The notes: generated from the letters alone by a model not told the origin. DNA of 64,000 nt from Erysipelotrichaceae bacterium (GCA_017512885.1 JAFWEP010000035.1:5606-69605), one strand, 5' to 3'. Shown: positions 17,640 to 27,421, counted from the stretch's first letter. A program made the numbers and translations.

Positions 17640-19671
17640 AGTCTTCCCTCCTTTCCGTCACCGGATACAGATCGATCGTCCTTCTGGAAAGATCGACTCC
17701 TTCTACTATGATACGCATTTTCTGTCCCAAACGGTAGGTATTCTCACCGTCGGACAAAGTACCGTCGCTTCGCAAGGAATAGTAGCCCGGCAGGTTCCGT
17801 AAGGGGATCATCCCTTCGATCGTATTGGGCAGCTGAACGAAGATCCCGAAGGACGTGATCCCGGAGATGACTCCTTCGTACTCTTTCCCAACCTTATCAG
17901 ACATGTAACGGGCACACATCAGATCTTCCACAGTGCGTTCCGTTTCGACTGCCCGTTCTTCTTTCTGACTGCAGAGGAGGCCGTATTCTTCGGCTCTCTT
18001 TTCATCTTTGGAACGCTGCGGCTGATGGGCAAAGAGATACTTCTTCAACATGCGGTGCACGAAGAGATCGGGATAGCGGCGGATCGGCGAAGTGAAATGA
18101 CAGTAGTATTCCCGGCTCAGGGCATAGTGTCCCTGACAGCGGGAATCATAGTGTGCCTTCGCCATGCAGCGTAAAAGCTGTCCGCTGAAGACCTCTTCGT
18201 TCCCTTCCTTCCGGAAGTGTTCCAGACAGTCGGAAAGATCTCTGGCGGTCAGAGCGCTGACAGGCTTCTCAAAGAGATAGCCCTGTTCTTCAACAGCCTT
18301 GCAGAAGTCTTCCAGTTTCTCGCTGTTGGGAGACTGATGGACCCGGTATAATGCCGGGATCCCGTTCTTCTCGCAGGTCTCGGCTGCCGCACAGTTGGCT
18401 TCGATCATGAAGCTCTCGATCAGTTCTTCCGCTTCGCCGTGTTCGCGGGGACGGACGTCGACGACTCTTCCGCCGGTGACGCTGATCGCCTTCTCAGCCT
18501 GCCGGAAATCGATATTGCCGCGCTCATGGGATCGTTTCTGCAGGATCTTCGCCAGAGCTGCCATCTCTTTCAGCATCCCTTCCAGTTCCTCGTCAGCGAA
18601 GACCCCTTCTCCCTGCAGGAAGACATTCACGGCATTGTAGGTCAGCCGTTTATGGGATACGATCACTGCCGGATAGAACTTATAGCTCAGTCTCTCTCCG
18701 CGTTCATTGAACAGCAGCTCACAGGTCAGGGTCAGCCGCTCTTCGCCCGGATTCAGGGAACAGAGACCGTTGGACAGGGCCTCCGGCAGCATCGGGATGA
18801 CCTGTCCCGGGAAATAGACGGAAGTGCCTCTGTCCAGAGCCTCCCGGTCCAATATCGAGTTCTCCGTTACATAGGAGCTGACATCGGCAATATGCACCCG
18901 CAGGCGGTAGTTCTTTTCTTCTTTCTGCAGTGATACTGCATCATCGAAGTCTTTGGCATCATCGCCGTCGATCGTGACTGCATAGATGTCCCGCAGATCG
19001 CGGTAGTCCGGATAGTCTTCCACAGCGGGATCCATGAAGCTGTCCGCTTCCTTCAGGACCTCTTCCGGAAAGAAGGTCCTGACCCCCTCCAGCATGCATA
19101 CCGCCCGGACCGCGGCATCGAGAGACCGGCTGTCGCCGAGGACCTCCTCGATCTCCAGTTCTTCTTTTTCATAAGAAGAGATCCGGCAGATCACGAGGCT
19201 CTGATCTTTGGGATGCATCTGCCGCCAGTTGACCACCCGATAGCCCTTCGGCAGATAGATATCCGGCCAGAAGCTGTATTCATGCCCCTTCTTGCGCACG
19301 ATGCCGCTCAGACGCTGCGTCCTTCTCTCCAGTACCTGCAGGATCCTTCCGCTCTTTTCCTCAGCCAGGACCCGATCCCGGCTCAGCAGATGGAAGGCCC
19401 GGAAGTCGCGGACTTCGAAAGTATGCTGCAGATCCTCTTCGTCGGTGACGAAGGCTGAACCGTTATGACGCAGGGTGATCAGCCCGCAGGTATAATTCTC
19501 TTTCAGAGCCAGTTCCTGTTCCGGGGTCAGAAAAAGAACTCCTTCTTTCAGAAGCTGATCGATCGCTCTGTGCAGTTCTTTCTCTTCCTTAACGGGAAGC
19601 TTCTCCCGCAGCCAGGCAAAGCTGAGCGGGATGCCTTCCTTCCGGAATACTCTCAGGATGGTCTCTCTCAT
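17614..19671 (-). CDS. rnr: Ribonuclease R
   Basis: It has an RNB catalytic region (DGDDAKDFDDAVS, HYALSREYYCHFTSPIRRYPDL) and a C-terminal S1 domain. Start taken at ATG 19671 (MRETIL) behind GGAG. The track start is a GTG. Confidence 0.9.
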   Translation of the reverse strand: MRETILRVFRKEGIPLSFAWLREKLPVKEEKELHRAIDQLLKEGVLFLTPEQELALKENYTCGLITLRHNGSAFVTDEEDLQHTFEVRDFRAFHLLSRDRVLAEEKSGRILQVLERRTQRLSGIVRKKGHEYSFWPDIYLPKGYRVVNWRQMHPKDQSLVICRISSYEKEELEIEEVLGDSRSLDAAVRAVCMLEGVRTFFPEEVLKEADSFMDPAVEDYPDYRDLRDIYAVTIDGDDAKDFDDAVSLQKEEKNYRLRVHIADVSSYVTENSILDREALDRGTSVYFPGQVIPMLPEALSNGLCSLNPGEERLTLTCELLFNERGERLSYKFYPAVIVSHKRLTYNAVNVFLQGEGVFADEELEGMLKEMAALAKILQKRSHERGNIDFRQAEKAISVTGGRVVDVRPREHGEAEELIESFMIEANCAAAETCEKNGIPALYRVHQSPNSEKLEDFCKAVEEQGYLFEKPVSALTARDLSDCLEHFRKEGNEEVFSGQLLRCMAKAHYDSRCQGHYALSREYYCHFTSPIRRYPDLFVHRMLKKYLFAHQPQRSKDEKRAEEYGLLCSQKEERAVETERTVEDLMCARYMSDKVGKEYEGVISGITSFGIFVQLPNTIEGMIPLRNLPGYYSLRSDGTLSDGENTYRLGQKMRIIVEGVDLSRRTIDLYPVTERREDYGRKRRQC

Positions 19672-19684
19672 AGTTTTCTCCACG

Positions 19685-19704
19685 AAAAAAGGGGCTAGCC
19701 CCTT
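19685..19704 (-). terminator. Hairpin/terminator after secG
   Basis: Minus strand AAGGGGC-UA-GCCCCUU followed by UUUUUU. The stem includes the secG stop codon. Confidence 0.6.
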
Positions 19705-19921
19705 ATTCCACGATGCGGATCACGATGACCAGTGCGAAGAACAGCACTCCCAGGACCAGCGTAGCCCGGGAGATGATCTTCTCCGGACCGCGCTCTTTGA
19801 CGTTCTGGAACAAGCCGAGATCGCCCGAGCCGGTGAAGGCGCTCAAGCCTTCCGATTTACCGCCCTGAAGCAGGGATAACAGAATCAATAATACCGCAAC
19901 GATCAGTAACAGAATCCTCAT
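19703..19921 (-). CDS. secG: Preprotein translocase subunit SecG
   Basis: Start at MRILLLIVAVLLILLSLLQGGKSEG behind AGGAG. Two TM helices and conserved synteny with rnr-smpB. Confidence 0.85.
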   Translation of the reverse strand: MRILLLIVAVLLILLSLLQGGKSEGLSAFTGSGDLGLFQNVKERGPEKIISRATLVLGVLFFALVIVIRIVE

Positions 19922-19969
19922 AATGGCACTCCTAACGTGCATATATTTTACTATCCTTGGCGAACTTCG

Positions 19970-22114
19970 TCAATCCAGGGACGAAAAGAAACTCAGGAGA
20001 AGAACGAAAACCGAATTGTAAGCCAGTGCTACTTCATTGGAAGAGTAGCTGTTCCGGTCATCGATATAGCGTTTGGCCGGCGGTGTGGCCTCGCTGAAGG
20101 CCTGCATCGCATCCTCACTGAGATACTGGTCCGGACCTCCGACCAATGCTCCGGGCAGGGTCTTTCCGCTCTTCATGGCGATCCGGTGATGGATATCCAC
20201 CGGGGATTCTTCTCCGAAGCCGGTCACGAAACAGAGACCGTTGCCGTTCTGTCCCAGCAGATAATCCAGTTCATAAGCCGCCAGTTCCCGGTAAGAAGGA
20301 TCTCCCGAAAACTTCCAGGCGCTGAGCAGCAGGAAGCCGTTCTCAGCGGCATGCTGGTTGCTGCCCCAGTGATAATCGTTCAGGGCATAGCCGTAGTTGC
20401 GGCTGCGCAGACATTCCGCACTGGCATTGGCATCGCTGATCAGCCGTTCATAGAGCTGCTGCGCCAGTTCGTCCTGACGGGGCAGTTCATTGAGCAGGAT
20501 ATAGATCCCGTAATCTTTCAGACCGTCGGAGAGATGGTTCTCGACGCCCTTCTGCCAGAGCTCTTTAGCTTTGTCGCGGTAGCTGTCTTCATGGGTCAGG
20601 GCCCAGAGGGCAGCAGCCGCAAAGAAGCGCTCATCGCTCTCATTCTCGTCGGAATACTCGCCGGTCTGGAAATCAGCCGGGTTGTGGACCATCCCCTGCG
20701 GTTCCGCCTGCAGGACCTGTCCGGCCCGGATCGCCGCATGAGCCAGAACTTCTGCATACTCCGGATCGGCATCCTTGAACAGCAGAGAAGCCAGCGCCGT
20801 CACTCCGGCATAGGAAGCTGTCGTCAGCGTCCAGGGAGGCAGGACAAAGACCGTTTCCTTATCCTCCTGAGGGAGCACGAGACCGGCGAAGTTCTGGGTC
20901 GTAGCCTTGTTGTAGGGGGTGCCGTCTTCCTTCGTCATCCGTAACAGCCAGTCCAGCTGATAGCGGCATTCATCCAGCAGGTCCGGCACGCCGTTGCCGG
21001 ATTCCGGGATATTCAGGGCATCATTCTCGCTGCGGAAGATATACTGGCTCATCAGCAGGGCAGCCAGAGCCTTGTTGCCGGTCTGCAGGTAGCGTCCGTA
21101 GTCTCCGGCATCGTGCCAGCCGCCGTGCACGTCGGCCGTTTTGCCGCCCCAGCCGTAGACGGAGGCTTCCGCCGTATGACAGGCTTCGTGGGCATAGTCT
21201 CCGGCGATCTCCGCCGACAGATCTATGCCACAGCGCTGCAGAGTAAAGAAGCGGATCGTGGATGCCAGCAGTTCCTGATAGGGATCCTCACTGATCGTAA
21301 AGGGATAGGAAGAGATCCCGGTCTCCGACATCAGATAATACTCTCCCTCTTCCTGCCAGTCGCTGAAATCGCAGAGATAGTTGTATTCTCCGTTGCGCTC
21401 ATCCTGCCGGCCGTTGACCACTTCTCCGCGGTAAACGATGCGGTCATCCTCGGCCCGGCAGAGATAGAAGACATCTCCTCCGTCATAGGCCAGGGAAGCC
21501 GTCTTGAAGCGTTCCCGGTTGTAACCGACCTGATCACAGCGGATGCCGATGGTCGGGGAAGATTCCGGCTTCAGCAGCAGATCGCGGATCACGATCTCAT
21601 GCGCAGTATCGCTGGAGTCATTCAGGTAGAAGGTCAGCTCCCCTTCCCAGGAAGTCTCTGCAGGCGTGAAGGAGAAGGTCATCTCCTCTTCTTCGCCGGC
21701 CCGGATATCGTAGGCATGGAAGACTTCCTTGCCGTTTGCCGAGACGCTCAGAGCGACAGTGACCGGCAGGGAGGAAAAGAGGACGAAGGAGAGCGTATAC
21801 TTCTCTCCGGCTTTCAGGTAGATCTTCCCCTTCTTCAGGGTCAGAGTGCCCTGCTTCTGTTCGACCTGGACGATCTTCGTCGCTTTCTCGCTGGTCAGGC
21901 TGCTTCCTTCGCCGGCTTCCAGCACCCAGGAATGCACAGTTTCTTCAGCATACTGAAAAGACGGAACTTCTTCCGTTTCTTCCTTCTCCGGTTCCGGGGT
22001 GCTCTGCGGTGTCGGCAAAGGTCTGCCTTCCGCATAGGCCGTGATATTCTTCTCTTCCGGCAGCAGACTGCAGGAAGTCAAAAGGACACATAACAGCAGC
22101 AGGAATGCTCGCAT
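19970..22114 (-). CDS. GH9 endoglucanase-like lipoprotein with an N-terminal Ig-like/CBM region
   Basis: Lipobox LLTSC. GH9 signatures HGGWHDAGDYGRY and ...ALVGGPD...YSSNEVALAYNS. Start taken at ATG 22114 (MRAFLL); the track start is TTG 22132. Confidence 0.8.
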   Translation of the reverse strand: MRAFLLLLCVLLTSCSLLPEEKNITAYAEGRPLPTPQSTPEPEKEETEEVPSFQYAEETVHSWVLEAGEGSSLTSEKATKIVQVEQKQGTLTLKKGKIYLKAGEKYTLSFVLFSSLPVTVALSVSANGKEVFHAYDIRAGEEEEMTFSFTPAETSWEGELTFYLNDSSDTAHEIVIRDLLLKPESSPTIGIRCDQVGYNRERFKTASLAYDGGDVFYLCRAEDDRIVYRGEVVNGRQDERNGEYNYLCDFSDWQEEGEYYLMSETGISSYPFTISEDPYQELLASTIRFFTLQRCGIDLSAEIAGDYAHEACHTAEASVYGWGGKTADVHGGWHDAGDYGRYLQTGNKALAALLMSQYIFRSENDALNIPESGNGVPDLLDECRYQLDWLLRMTKEDGTPYNKATTQNFAGLVLPQEDKETVFVLPPWTLTTASYAGVTALASLLFKDADPEYAEVLAHAAIRAGQVLQAEPQGMVHNPADFQTGEYSDENESDERFFAAAALWALTHEDSYRDKAKELWQKGVENHLSDGLKDYGIYILLNELPRQDELAQQLYERLISDANASAECLRSRNYGYALNDYHWGSNQHAAENGFLLLSAWKFSGDPSYRELAAYELDYLLGQNGNGLCFVTGFGEESPVDIHHRIAMKSGKTLPGALVGGPDQYLSEDAMQAFSEATPPAKRYIDDRNSYSSNEVALAYNSVFVLLLSFFSSLD

Positions 22115-22136
22115 AGGTCTATTATACCTCAATCAT

Positions 22137-22160
22137 GGAAAAGAGAGGCAGCGCCTCTCT
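22137..22160 (-). terminator. Intrinsic terminator after the ABC operon
   Basis: Minus strand AGAGAGGC-GCU-GCCUCUCU-UUUC. It overlaps the ATPase stop codon. Confidence 0.65.
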
Positions 22161-22833
22161 AAAGTGTCTGCAGGACTCCTTCGGACAGCAGTACCCGCTG
22201 GTCCGACATCTGCGATACCGCATCGGAATGGGTAACGACGATGACGGTCTTGCCGAAGTCGTGAGCCAGTTCCTTGAATACGGCAATGATCTCCTTCTCG
22301 GTAGCCGTATCCAGGTTTCCGGTCGGCTCATCGGCGAAGATCAGATCGACGTTGGAAGCCAGCGCCCGGGCGATCGCCACACGCTGCTGCTCACCGCCGG
22401 AGAGCTGGGAGACCAGACGGTCGGCCTTGGTACGGACGATACCGAACTTCTCCAGCAGGGCATAGGCAACGTTCTTATGGTCTTTCGGCAGTTCGTTGTC
22501 CGTCTCGCTCATGGCGACCAGTACGTTCTCCGCTGCCGTCAGGTAAGAGATCAGGTTGTACTGCTGGAAGACGATCGCGATCTTGTTGCGGCGGTATTTG
22601 CCCAGACCGATCTTGTTGATGTCTTCTCCGTTGTAGTAGATATGACCGCTCTTGGCTGTATCCAGACCGGCGATCAGCGACAGCAAGGTCGTCTTGCCGG
22701 ATCCGGAAGGACCGAGGATCGTATAGAACTGACCGGATTCGAAGCTGTAGCTGAGATCCTTCAGGATCTTTCGCTCATAGCCGCCGTCGATATAGGAATA
22801 GTTGATGTTTTCTAATCGTAAGATCTCCGACAT
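22159..22833 (-). CDS. ABC transporter ATP-binding protein (MacB/FtsE-like)
   Basis: Walker [10 protein letters not shown], signature LSGGEQQR, Walker [13 protein letters not shown]. Confidence 0.9.
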   Translation of the reverse strand: MSEILRLENINYSYIDGGYERKILKDLSYSFESGQFYTILGPSGSGKTTLLSLIAGLDTAKSGHIYYNGEDINKIGLGKYRRNKIAIVFQQYNLISYLTAAENVLVAMSETDNELPKDHKNVAYALLEKFGIVRTKADRLVSQLSGGEQQRVAIARALASNVDLIFADEPTGNLDTATEKEIIAVFKELAHDFGKTVIVVTHSDAVSQMSDQRVLLSEGVLQTL

Positions 22834-22842
22834 GGTACCCTC

Positions 22843-24465
22843 CTAGTTCTGATTCATCAGGATCCGTTTCGGATTGAAGCGCATGATCATCATCGAAGGA
22901 ATGATGGTCGAGATCAGCACGATCCCCAGACCTACCACGTAGATCTCGCCGATGATGACCGGAGAGACATTGACGTTGTATTCCTCGACCAGATCATCCA
23001 GGGTGATCTCGGTGGTATAGTCCGTATCCCAGATGCTGTTGTAGTTGTAGTAACCGGCCATCTCATCTTCTTCTCCGACACCGCTGGAAGTGATCTGATA
23101 ATCCAGAACGGTACGGCCGACCTTATTGGCGATGAAGGAACCGCTGACGATCGAGAGCGTGAAGCCCAGGATCGCTACGATCGCCAGTTCCGCAAAGAAC
23201 TGGGCAACGATCTTGGCTTTGGAAGCGCCGATCGAGAGGAGGACGCCGATCTCGTATTCCCGGGTCTTTAACGTTAAAGCCGTGACCAGGGTGATGATGA
23301 CGATCGCATTGATGACGACCAGCCAGACGATGAAGCTGGCATAGAGCGACAGCGTATCGAGCGGCTTGCTGAGACGGTCGAACTCTTCGTTGTTGGCGCT
23401 GATCTTCTTGAATTCACCGACCTTATCGGCATATTCTGAAACGAAGTCATCGACTTCCATCGGATCACGCAGGAGGATCGTTACTTCGGAGATATAGTTC
23501 TCATACATCTCCCCGCTCGGACGGTTGGCCGGATCACTGTAGTATTCATCATCCGGGTTCAGCTGAGCCTGATAGTCGAACTGCTTCTGCGAGACGATCA
23601 GCATCTTGTCGAAGTATACCGTCGAAGGCATCAGCAGCATGTTGTCGGGGTTCTCATAGGGAGAGAGCCAGTTGTAGTTGTCGTTGTCCGGAGTGATCGG
23701 GGAATGGTGGTCATAGATACCGATGACTTCCAGATCCAGACGGATATCATCCAGTTCCACGCCGGCCATCCAGCTGCCTTCCTGAATGTAGGCAGGATCC
23801 TGCATGTAGAAGGAGATGGTATCGCCCAGACGGATGTTGTTGGCATTGGCCAGTGCTTCCGAGATCAGGACGACCGCTTCGTGGTTGTCGATCTCTTCCT
23901 GGGTGTAGAAACGTCCTTCAGTCAGGGTATACATATTGTCGGCAAACTCGATCATATCCGGGAAGGCATTCGCCTTTACGAAGAAAGCCGGTTCATGGTA
24001 TTCCATGCAGGTCTCCTGACCGGTCGCATCATCGTAGTGGCAGGACTGCCCGTAACCGCCTTCGCGGTTCTCCGCTTCATTGTTCAGATGGACATAATCG
24101 ATACCACCGTCCACGCCGTAGATCTGCGAATTGACGATCGCATTGGCGGTCTTGACCCGTTCATCCTTCAGGATCTCCTGAACGTCTGCCACGGTGACCC
24201 GGGGATAGTGCTTTTCATAGAACTCGTTGAGCTCATCTTCGTCCTCGATCTGGTTGGTATAACGCCATACGGCATCATAATCGATGTTGTAGGTGACGAC
24301 GGCCCGCATCTTCTGACGGGTCAGGATCTTGGCGCTTTCGGAAGCTGCCGAAACGCCGAGACCGATGATCACGAAGTTGCCGATCACGAAGAAAGTGATC
24401 AGCAGCAGGATCGATTTGGTCTTCCTGCGGGTGATATTCTTCAGAGCACGCTGAAAGAAATTCAT
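22843..24465 (-). CDS. ABC transporter permease, MacB/FtsX type with a large extracytoplasmic domain
   Basis: 540 aa: an N-terminal TM helix, a loop of about 350 aa, then a C-terminal FtsX-type 3-TM bundle. Confidence 0.85.
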   Translation of the reverse strand: MNFFQRALKNITRRKTKSILLLITFFVIGNFVIIGLGVSAASESAKILTRQKMRAVVTYNIDYDAVWRYTNQIEDEDELNEFYEKHYPRVTVADVQEILKDERVKTANAIVNSQIYGVDGGIDYVHLNNEAENREGGYGQSCHYDDATGQETCMEYHEPAFFVKANAFPDMIEFADNMYTLTEGRFYTQEEIDNHEAVVLISEALANANNIRLGDTISFYMQDPAYIQEGSWMAGVELDDIRLDLEVIGIYDHHSPITPDNDNYNWLSPYENPDNMLLMPSTVYFDKMLIVSQKQFDYQAQLNPDDEYYSDPANRPSGEMYENYISEVTILLRDPMEVDDFVSEYADKVGEFKKISANNEEFDRLSKPLDTLSLYASFIVWLVVINAIVIITLVTALTLKTREYEIGVLLSIGASKAKIVAQFFAELAIVAILGFTLSIVSGSFIANKVGRTVLDYQITSSGVGEEDEMAGYYNYNSIWDTDYTTEITLDDLVEEYNVNVSPVIIGEIYVVGLGIVLISTIIPSMMIMRFNPKRILMNQN

Positions 24466-24485
24466 ACTTACTTCTCCTTTACTGC

Positions 24486-26207
24486 TTAGTTATCTGCCAC
24501 AATCTGGTACTTCTTATCCGAGAAGACCTGATTGCCTTCCAGATCTGAGCCGTCTTCGTTGACGACTTTCGCATCATCGCTGTTGTTTAATCCGCCTTCT
24601 ACGGTAAATCCGGCCACATTGCCCTGCAGCTGGTTCTTGAGTTCGACGACCGTGCCGTAGACCTTGATCGAGGTGCCGACCGGCGGTTCGGGAGTCGGGT
24701 CCGGCGTGGGTGTCGGTGTCGGCTCCGGGGTCGGAGCGCCGCCGGTCAGCACGATGCGGTATTCCTTATCCTCATAGACCTTGCCGTCAGACAGGGAACT
24801 GCCGTCCGCATTGACGACCTTTGCCGGATAACCGTAACGGTCAGCAGTGATGTTGCTGTCGAGCTTGAAGGATACGACTTTCGTCAGTTCATCCATCAGT
24901 TCCGTGACAGTGCCTTCCTCATCGATCGGCGTGACCTTGCCCTTGGAGATGACGACGTCGAAGCGCGCATCCAGCGGCAGCGGACCATCGCAGGCATAGA
25001 CCTTGTTGTCGGAATAACCGGTGCACTGAACGGAAATGATCTGTCCGCGGTTGTATGTCTCGGAATAGACCTCATTGCCGGCGGTCCAGTTGTCGGTATA
25101 GGCATCGATGCCCTGCGGACGCAGATCGTTCAGTTTGTCGACCAGACGGTCGAAATCATTGCCGATCAAAGTGATCCCGGCATCCTCTGCATAGAACGTA
25201 CTGCCCAGGTTCACGACGACTTCCATCTTGTAGAGCTCGCTCTCTGAGACCATCGTGCCTGCCGGCAGGCTCTGCGAGACGATGTGATGCGTCGTATTGG
25301 AATAACGCTGTTTGGTGACGACCGGATACTGTGCCAGCCATTCCTCGGCCTGCGTCTTGTTCATGGAGACGAGATCCGGCACCATGACGCCCTTGCCCTT
25401 GGAGATATAGACAGTGACCGTATCACCGGTCTTGACGGTCTGATCTTTCTTCGGGTTCTGGTCTACGACATAGCCTTCCAGCTTGTCATTGTTGAAGGAT
25501 TCGATGATCTGAACAGTGATCTTGTTGGTCTTGCCCCAGTTCTCCGCCTGTTCCTTGCTGGTGAATTCCGGGACGGTGACCGTACCGGCCGGAGCCGGTC
25601 CCTTCGATACCGAGATGTTCAGCGTACTGCCGCGGGTGAAGCTGTCAGCTTCCACCCCTTTGAATTCATAATTGATGACTTCGCCGTTCGGAACGGTCTC
25701 ACTGTAGGCGGTCGTGATCTTTACCTTCTGCAGCTTGTTCTTCTTGACCCAGTCATTCAGTTCATCCTTGGTCATATTGGCGATATCCGGCACACTGATC
25801 TTTTCATCCGGATCCGCTCCCTTGGAGACCGTAAAGTCGATCTTGACGTCTTCCTTGACCTTGGTGCCTTCCTTGACGGACTGCGTCATGATCACGTTCT
25901 CGTCATAGTCCAGGGAATACTCCCCTTTCATGATGATGCCGCTGCTGTCGATGCCCTGCTGCCGGACCCAGGCTGCCACTTCCGACTGGTTCTTTCCGAC
26001 AAAATCCGGCATCACGATCTTCGGCCGTAAAAAGAAGAACCAGACCGCTGCCAGGGCCACCAGGGCCACAGCAGCCAGTCCGCCGATCAGCTTCCAGTTC
26101 GGCTGGAAACTGTTCTGTACCGGGATCCGTTCCTCTTCCTGGAAGCTCTTCGGCTTGTTTTCGGAAGAGAACTGACTCAGGAAATCTTTTTCATTTTTTT
26201 CGCTCAT
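24486..26207 (-). CDS. Membrane-anchored multi-PASTA-domain protein with no kinase or PBP domain
   Basis: Start at MSEKNEK behind GAGGT. It has one TM helix, then at least four PASTA-like repeats (MPDFVGK...TVSKG, VPDIANM...SVSKG, VPEFTSK...YISKG, VPDLVSM...VNLG). A PT-rich linker and two C-terminal repeats follow. Confidence 0.7.
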   Translation of the reverse strand: MSEKNEKDFLSQFSSENKPKSFQEEERIPVQNSFQPNWKLIGGLAAVALVALAAVWFFFLRPKIVMPDFVGKNQSEVAAWVRQQGIDSSGIIMKGEYSLDYDENVIMTQSVKEGTKVKEDVKIDFTVSKGADPDEKISVPDIANMTKDELNDWVKKNKLQKVKITTAYSETVPNGEVINYEFKGVEADSFTRGSTLNISVSKGPAPAGTVTVPEFTSKEQAENWGKTNKITVQIIESFNNDKLEGYVVDQNPKKDQTVKTGDTVTVYISKGKGVMVPDLVSMNKTQAEEWLAQYPVVTKQRYSNTTHHIVSQSLPAGTMVSESELYKMEVVVNLGSTFYAEDAGITLIGNDFDRLVDKLNDLRPQGIDAYTDNWTAGNEVYSETYNRGQIISVQCTGYSDNKVYACDGPLPLDARFDVVISKGKVTPIDEEGTVTELMDELTKVVSFKLDSNITADRYGYPAKVVNADGSSLSDGKVYEDKEYRIVLTGGAPTPEPTPTPTPDPTPEPPVGTSIKVYGTVVELKNQLQGNVAGFTVEGGLNNSDDAKVVNEDGSDLEGNQVFSDKKYQIVADN

Positions 26208-26394
26208 CTTGTTACCTCTATATCTACGATCTCTGTCGTGCAAAAAGCATTCTGTCTGTATTAACTGTACTAAGCATAGCACAGGGGGGTAGAATGTCAA
26301 GGCTTGTTATCAGGGAGAAAATATGCTTCTTCTGTTCTGTACCGTTTTTCTGCTTTTCGGTCACATCTCCTGGAAAAACAGGTACAATGGAACC

Positions 26395-27030
26395 ATGAAA
26401 AAGATCATACTGCTCCTGCTGTGCCTGTTTCTTGCAGGCTGCAGCTGGCTGAAAAGACCGGATCCCGTTCCGACGGAGGTCGTGACCCCGGCTCCGACGA
26501 GCGCTCCGGCTCCGACGCCTTCCCCGACTCCGAAGCCGACTTCCACCCCGAAGCCTACGGCCACCCCGAAACCCACACCGACACCGACCCCGGAACCAGT
26601 GGTCTACACCAGCGATGATCTGGAGGATCTCACGGATACCCAGCACTTCCGCAGGAGCACCATCGAGCACATCTTCATGGGCTCGATCAATTCCAGCGGC
26701 AAGGCGACCGGTTATCACTATGACGGGATCGCCGATTCTCCCGGCAAGATCATCGAAGGCAGCCGCAGCGAAAAAGACGAACACGGTGTCTATACCGCCA
26801 GAGTCACGGTCGACGGAAAGAAGAAGAGCGGCAACAACGGCTATTCCTCCTTCTTCCCGGATGATATGTCTCCGCAGGAAGTGGTCGATGCGATCAACCA
26901 GGCCTATGAGAACCGCGAGAAACTGAGCGGCGATCTCTATGCCGGCTTAACGGACGAAGGGATCGAGATCGACATGGCCCTCGACAACAAGGGCCGGATC
27001 ATTACCGCCTATCCCATCTACGAGGAGTGA
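26395..27030 (+). CDS. Lipoprotein with a C-terminal bacterial EndoU-like nuclease domain
   Basis: Start at [16 protein letters not shown] (lipobox), then a Pro/Thr linker. The C-terminal motifs are [51 protein letters not shown] and [10 protein letters not shown]. They match my recollection of the EndoU_bacteria family (His, His, Lys, Ser). Confidence 0.6.
   Translation: MKKIILLLLCLFLAGCSWLKRPDPVPTEVVTPAPTSAPAPTPSPTPKPTSTPKPTATPKPTPTPTPEPVVYTSDDLEDLTDTQHFRRSTIEHIFMGSINSSGKATGYHYDGIADSPGKIIEGSRSEKDEHGVYTARVTVDGKKKSGNNGYSSFFPDDMSPQEVVDAINQAYENREKLSGDLYAGLTDEGIEIDMALDNKGRIITAYPIYEE
26458..26604 (+). repeat. Low-complexity Pro/Thr/Ala-rich linker-coding tract
   Basis: Encodes [47 protein letters not shown] through iterated CCG/ACN codons. 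Confidence 0.85.
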
Positions 27031-27034
27031 TACG

Positions 27035-27421
27035 ATGCTGGAACACGCTTATCATGAAGTAAAACTGCGCGGCAAGAATCAGACCAAACGCCGCCTGGTC
27101 ATCGAATTCGAAGAAGGCTATGACCTGCTGTCCGTCTTTCTGGAGAGCGAAGTCACGAACTTCTATGAACCGATCCGGAAGGAACTGCTTGCCGTTCTGA
27201 ACGGAGAAAAAGAGGACGGAGCCTTCAGCGGCAATCACTGCCGGCTCTCGGTGATGGGAGATCTCAGTATCCTCTGGGATGATACCGCCGAAGATGAGAT
27301 CGGCAACTGGTGTCAGCTCGACAGCAGTGATCTGCTGGAGCTGGTCGAAGAATGGAAGGAAAAGAACGATGCCTTCCGGCAGAAACAGAAAGAGATCGAA
27401 GAAAAAGAGAGAGTCGAATGA
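27035..27421 (+). CDS. Small acidic cytoplasmic protein, candidate cognate immunity/partner of the EndoU-like protein
   Basis: 128 aa, beginning 4 nt after the upstream stop and sharing its terminator. There is no signal peptide. The function is inferred from position only. Confidence 0.5.
   Translation: MLEHAYHEVKLRGKNQTKRRLVIEFEEGYDLLSVFLESEVTNFYEPIRKELLAVLNGEKEDGAFSGNHCRLSVMGDLSILWDDTAEDEIGNWCQLDSSDLLELVEEWKEKNDAFRQKQKEIEEKERVE

Noticed and set aside
24675-24742. Short periodic GGTGTCGG/CCGACN repeats here and at 26458-26604, considered as possible tandem repeats or a CRISPR-like array.
   Set aside because: They are in-frame Pro/Thr linker codons inside two CDSs. There are no spacers or unit-length repeats.
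26224-26784. 186-aa minus-strand ORF rich in Arg/Gly.
   Set aside because: It is the antisense of the Pro/Thr linker of the EndoU-like lipoprotein and overlaps the PASTA gene promoter region. It is a composition artefact.
27035-27421. Impression that the 128-aa partner protein resembles the UPF0231/YacL family.
   Set aside because: It rests only on a vague pattern recollection that I cannot support without a profile search, so the gene is left as hypothetical/candidate immunity.
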